From a virus (taxonomy: Duplodnaviria > Caudoviricetes), in IMG/VR virus record IMGVR_UViG_3300037722_001169, positions 1 to 37,901 of that record: a stretch of 37,901 bases of DNA, one strand, 5' to 3'. This document shows positions 34,341 through 37,901 of this stretch, piece by piece (positions within the stretch are counted from its first letter, which is position 1; each line of letters starts with the position of its first letter). The notes under the pieces were generated by a model. It ran no database searches. It worked only from the letters and a program-made list of their open reading frames with translations, and was not told the DNA's origin. A program made the position numbers and the translations under genes.

Positions 34341-34704
34341 CGTCTTCATCCTCATTATCGGCCTCGCGTCGCAGGACCGTGGCGAGCTGCGCCTGTAGGG
34401 CGGCGATAGATTGGACAGCAGAACAAGCTCCCGGGGTCGGACAGCCTTTCGGCTCCCGCAGCCCGTCATCGTCGGGCAGGGTGGCGAAAGGACGCCTGTT
34501 CCAAGCCTCGGCAAGCAACGGACGAGAGTCGCATTTGTCGCCCCACCGCAGCATGCTCGACACGCTGCATGTCGGCTCGCCACACTGGACGAAGTGCGCG
34601 CCGAAGTTCTCGTCCTCGTCGTTGTCGATTTCGTGAAAGCTCGCTTCGCTACCGCAAAACGGACACGGCAGCAGCGCCGCCGCTTCCATCGCTTCGTCGG
34701 TCAT
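34333..34704 (-). CDS. Lar-family restriction alleviation protein
   Basis: LLPCPFCGSEA...VQCGEPTC...AEAWNRR. Confidence 0.8.
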   Translation of the reverse strand: MTDEAMEAAALLPCPFCGSEASFHEIDNDEDENFGAHFVQCGEPTCSVSSMLRWGDKCDSRPLLAEAWNRRPFATLPDDDGLREPKGCPTPGACSAVQSIAALQAQLATVLRREADNEDEDDD

Positions 34705-34982
34705 GTCGGTTCTCCCTGCTGCGCGCCGCGCAATTGACCCGCGCCGCGCGACTTCTGGCGAAGCCGCGAAAGCCGCGAGTACGTCATATGTTCGACCGAC
34801 ATTCGGCCGCAGCCGCCTTCCCCGACGCAGTACCAATTCATCACCCACGCCTTGCCCGCAGGCGCATAGCGGCAAACCGCCGGTACACATGGCCCAGCAC
34901 CCCAATCGTATTGAACGCCGCCACACCGGCACCGGCGCTGCGCGCGACTATCTATGTCGTCACCATTGCAAAGCGCCATCAT
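34701..34982 (-). CDS. Cys-rich hypothetical protein
   Basis: GGGAGG RBS; ATGA overlaps at both ends. Confidence 0.55.
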   Translation of the reverse strand: MMALCNGDDIDSRAQRRCRCGGVQYDWGAGPCVPAVCRYAPAGKAWVMNWYCVGEGGCGRMSVEHMTYSRLSRLRQKSRGAGQLRGAQQGEPT

Positions 34983-35254
34983 TGTCCTCCCTGCTGCGCG
35001 CCGGGGCGCGGGGTGGCGACAATGGTCAGTACGCGACCGTCGGCCAAATCAATGCGGCCGGGCTGCGTGCCATGACCGCAGCACGAGGCGACTGTCTCGA
35101 CGCCGCCGGCGTTGAGCGCAGCGACAATGTGGTGAATGCACCAGTCGATGCACTGCACCCGGCCGTTGATCGGCATCGCCGCCTGATTGGCGTAGGTTAC
35201 GCGGCCCCCGGGACCGTCACAGCGATCACAATAGTCGCGTTCCGGGTACGTCAT
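34979..35254 (-). CDS. Phage protein with SCCGH motif
   Basis: IDWCIHHIVAALNAGGVETVASCCGHG. Confidence 0.75.
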   Translation of the reverse strand: MTYPERDYCDRCDGPGGRVTYANQAAMPINGRVQCIDWCIHHIVAALNAGGVETVASCCGHGTQPGRIDLADGRVLTIVATPRPGAQQGGQ

Positions 35255-35405
35255 CGTCTCTCGTCTCCTTCAGGCTGGGCGCTGGTTGTCCACAGCCGTT
35301 CCGCTATATGTTGAGGCGAACGCAGAACGGACGAAGGGGGAACGAAATATTCTTTCGCGGCAGGAACCGGCGGTTCGGCCCAACGCAATAAAGTTGCGTT
35401 GGCTG

Positions 35406-35433
35406 GAATCCGATAATGTATACTTTGGTAACT
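35406..35433. other. dif-like (XerCD-type) site, candidate attP or resolution site
   Basis: GAATCCGATAA-TGTATA-CTTTGGTAACT; 19/28 matches by hand to E. coli dif GGTGCGCATAA-TGTATA-TTATGTTAAAT; AT-rich surroundings. Confidence 0.45.
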
Positions 35434-35470
35434 TCCCGCCATTTCTGCTTGCCTACACTATCTAGTAGTC

Positions 35471-35499
35471 TGAACAGGTATTGCTATTTTACCTGTTCA
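35471..35499. repeat. Perfect 10-bp inverted repeat with 9-bp spacer
   Basis: TGAACAGGTA-TTGCTATTT-TACCTGTTCA. Confidence 0.85.
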
Positions 35500-35859
35500 C
35501 CTTATCACCCGCAAGTGTTCGCTGGAATTCTCGGGGCGCTCTTCTTGCGCCTCGCGCTCGCGCATGATCGTTTCCATCTCGGCGCGCAGCCGCACGAATT
35601 GCTGTCTCGACTGCCTGAGTAGCGAGTCCGTGTGCACGATCACGGTGCGGGCATCGTCCGACAGCCGCGCGATCCGCGACATCTCCTGCGCCAGAAAGCC
35701 GAGTTTGTGCGCAATCTCGTACAGGCCGGACGGCGTTTCCGGGAGCGGGATATCGAGCCGCCGCGTCGGCAGGGCAGGGCGGCCCGCCTTGTCGTGCAGC
35801 TCGTGGCCGAGCACGGCCCAGTCGAATTTGTCCATCCGGCCCTTGGCGACCTCAACCAT
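35497..35859 (-). CDS. Hypothetical helical protein
   Basis: AGGGAG RBS; TAATG coupling to the upstream gene; MVEVAKGRMDKFDW... Confidence 0.7.
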   Translation of the reverse strand: MVEVAKGRMDKFDWAVLGHELHDKAGRPALPTRRLDIPLPETPSGLYEIAHKLGFLAQEMSRIARLSDDARTVIVHTDSLLRQSRQQFVRLRAEMETIMREREAQEERPENSSEHLRVIR

Positions 35860-36635
35860 TATCGTTCTCCCTGTGTGGTGTCGGGGAACTCGACCCAGCG
35901 CCGGCCGTCCAGCTCGGGCGTCTCGATCTTGCGCCGGCCCTCGATCTTCTGCTTGTAAAAGAACGGCACGCCGTGCGCGGCGCATTGGTCGCGCGAAAGC
36001 CGCGCCCAATCCTCATTGAATGGACGGGCACGCGGCCCCGACTCCGCGCCGACGATCATCCAGCCGACCGCGCCTGTCCGCAGCAGCGGTGACCAGTGGA
36101 CCGGGCCGATGGCCGGCTCATAGCTGATGAAGGTCGGCCAGCCGGCGGCGTGCGCGAAGGCGAGAATATCGCCGCGTTCGTCGAGCGCGTCCTGATTCTC
36201 CATCGTCACGCCAAGCCGTACATGCTCGAATGGCGGCCGGCGCTCGGCGGCGGGCAGGAACAGCGGCCAGTTCTCCGGCCGCTTGGTCAGCAGCAGCCAG
36301 TCAAGATTCGGCGTCTCGGCGATCAGGCGCCAGAGGTCGCCGCGCCACTCCGCATCGATCGACGCATGATCGTCGAATACATCGGCCAGCGACGCGCAGA
36401 ACACGCGCCGCCGCTCGCCCGCAGCGCCCGCTGCGGTATCCCACTTGCGCGGCTGCCGCCAATTCTGTTCGCTCGTGCGCGAGCGGGCACCGCCCGGCCC
36501 CCACGTGACGCGGCCGTAGCGCCGGTCCATCATCTCCTCGGCGTAGCAGTTGCGGCAACCTTCCGAGACGCGGGTGCAGCCGATCCACGGATTGAACGTC
36601 GCGTCGGTCCATGAAATCTTGCTGTTCTCAGCCAT
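35859..36635 (-). CDS. Gp37/Gp68 (DUF5131) family protein
   Basis: SKISWTDATFNPWIGCTRVSEGCRNCYA, RVFCASLADVF, LLLTKRP, WMIVGAESG, PFFYKQ. Confidence 0.93.
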   Translation of the reverse strand: MAENSKISWTDATFNPWIGCTRVSEGCRNCYAEEMMDRRYGRVTWGPGGARSRTSEQNWRQPRKWDTAAGAAGERRRVFCASLADVFDDHASIDAEWRGDLWRLIAETPNLDWLLLTKRPENWPLFLPAAERRPPFEHVRLGVTMENQDALDERGDILAFAHAAGWPTFISYEPAIGPVHWSPLLRTGAVGWMIVGAESGPRARPFNEDWARLSRDQCAAHGVPFFYKQKIEGRRKIETPELDGRRWVEFPDTTQGER

Positions 36636-36669
36636 CTCTACTCCCCCACGAACAGGACGGGCAGGGCGG

Positions 36670-37236
36670 TCATTCGTGCTTTTCCCAACAAGGGCATTCG
36701 GTGCCGTCGTTCGGCCCCGGCGCGCCGCACACCAGACACGGCAGCGAGCGGATGAAATCCAGGTGCGCCTTGTCCTCGTGCCGGCGTGATACCTTGTGCT
36801 CCTTGTACTGACCCTTCTGTGTAACAGGGCGCGTGGGGGCGACGCGGCTAGGCCAGGCTATCTCCCGGACCTTGCGATAAACTTCACGCGCTTCCTCGAC
36901 CGTCCGAATCTCGGCGGTGTGGTATTCGTCCCTTCCCATTGCCTTGGCCAGTTCCCGGTATGCCTTTCCGCGCGACATGCGGCCGGATTTCCATAGCGGG
37001 TCGAAAACGCGGTGTATGTGCTGGTGGGCCTTCTTGATTTCGGCAGTAGGAATAACGCCGAGCGGGCGCGTGCGGTCTCGCGTCTTGTGGTGACAGCCGA
37101 CGTAGTTGCCACAGGCGTCGCATTTCCAGAACGGCAGCGACGACAGGTCCGATCGGTGCGGGTAGATTTCTGCACCGTCGGTGAGCCGCGCCGACACGGT
37201 GCGCCCGCAGCCGCAACAATAAATCTCGCGCGTCAT
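36670..37236 (-). CDS. DUF3268-like zinc-finger protein with a truncated nuclease-like C-terminal extension
   Basis: YCCGCG...EIYPHR..L...FWKCDACGNYVGCH...PLG...HRVFDPLWK...RGKAY..LA; tail HLDFIRSLPCLVCG. Confidence 0.75.
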   Translation of the reverse strand: MTREIYCCGCGRTVSARLTDGAEIYPHRSDLSSLPFWKCDACGNYVGCHHKTRDRTRPLGVIPTAEIKKAHQHIHRVFDPLWKSGRMSRGKAYRELAKAMGRDEYHTAEIRTVEEAREVYRKVREIAWPSRVAPTRPVTQKGQYKEHKVSRRHEDKAHLDFIRSLPCLVCGAPGPNDGTECPCWEKHE

Positions 37237-37265
37237 CCTCATTCCCTTCCTGCCGTCACGCGGGG

Positions 37266-37901
37266 CTACTCCGCCGCTCGCGTGAAGTCGTCGTCGAGCG
37301 GATCGCCGGAATTGGCGTGCGCGATCTCGCTGTCGGCGCGCGCCATCTCGTCGTCGGCCTCGTTGCAGATCTGCTTCAGTTCGGCGAGCACCGGCTCGAG
37401 CATCGCGCGGGCCGATTTCGTGACGTTGCCGGCCCACCAGTCGCGGAAGGCGACGGAACCTTCCCCGGCCCTTTCTCGTGCCAGCGCGCGCCAGCGTCCG
37501 ATCTCGGGGTCGACGGCCTCGCCGCCGGCCGCCCACGCCGCGATCTCGGCACCCATTTTCTCGGTGATGAACTCGCCCGGCCTGATGACGCGGGCGATTT
37601 CCTCGGGCGCCTTGACCGGCCCGATCGGCGTGTACTGAGGCGTATCGCCGACCATCTGGCCGATGATGCCCGATTGCATGCGGCAGACGATCGTCGACTC
37701 GTAGACCAGCAGCATCGCCGGGTCGCATATCGGCACGTCGCCGACGTTGACGATCTCGGCATCCTTGCCCTTTCCGAGCTGCACGTTCTTCGACTTCGCC
37801 CGCAGACAGAAGATCGTGTGCACCGGCGAGCGGAACAGCGCATTGGACATCCGCGTATAGGCGAGCTTCGGGATGCGCCACTTGTTGAGACCCTGGGTCG
37901 T
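37266..37901 (-). CDS. AAA-family (Sak4-like) recombination ATPase, C-terminal part
   Basis: Frame open to the window end; KWRIPK...HTIFCLRAK...YEST...ITEKMGAEIAAWA; Walker motifs lie outside the window. Confidence 0.6.
   Translation of the reverse strand, partial: TTQGLNKWRIPKLAYTRMSNALFRSPVHTIFCLRAKSKNVQLGKGKDAEIVNVGDVPICDPAMLLVYESTIVCRMQSGIIGQMVGDTPQYTPIGPVKAPEEIARVIRPGEFITEKMGAEIAAWAAGGEAVDPEIGRWRALARERAGEGSVAFRDWWAGNVTKSARAMLEPVLAELKQICNEADDEMARADSEIAHANSGDPLDDDFTRAAE

Noticed and set aside
35251-35442. 63-aa minus-strand ORF
   Set aside because: Atypical AT-rich codons, weak RBS and overlap with the dif-like site; not called, although its stop overlaps the next ATG so it cannot be excluded

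Overview
The window is most of the genome of a high-GC tailed phage or prophage with podovirus-type (P22/SU10-like) architecture, truncated at both ends. The host is probably alphaproteobacterial (gcrA, a GapR-like gene, an alpha-r8/suhB-like sRNA). Plus strand, in order: early/middle genes (HTH regulators, GapR-like, RuvC-like, GcrA, beta-class DNA methyltransferase, HNH), an HslV-like peptidase, a putative late regulator with a promoter/terminator pair, accessory virion genes, terminase, portal, scaffold, major capsid, adaptor, tail nozzle, three ejection proteins, tail fibre and lysis genes. A converging minus-strand arm carries Ead/Lar/Gp37-68/zinc-finger/AAA genes. No integrase and no recognisable replication initiator are visible. 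The most striking feature: two capsid-accessory-type proteins and the tail fibre carry clear Sec signal peptides, and an O-antigen-ligase/O-oligosaccharyltransferase (Wzy_C) gene is translationally coupled between the two capsid-accessory genes, with a sulfotransferase-like gene nearby. This suggests a candidate system that exports virion surface parts, glycosylates them in the periplasm and adds them to particles at lysis. Other notable items: a tail-fibre-type domain inserted in the head-tail adaptor, a dif-like site in an AT-rich island, a structured non-coding interval where replication genes are expected, and several small ORFs absent from the ORF track. Family assignments come from recalled motifs only; no searches were run.
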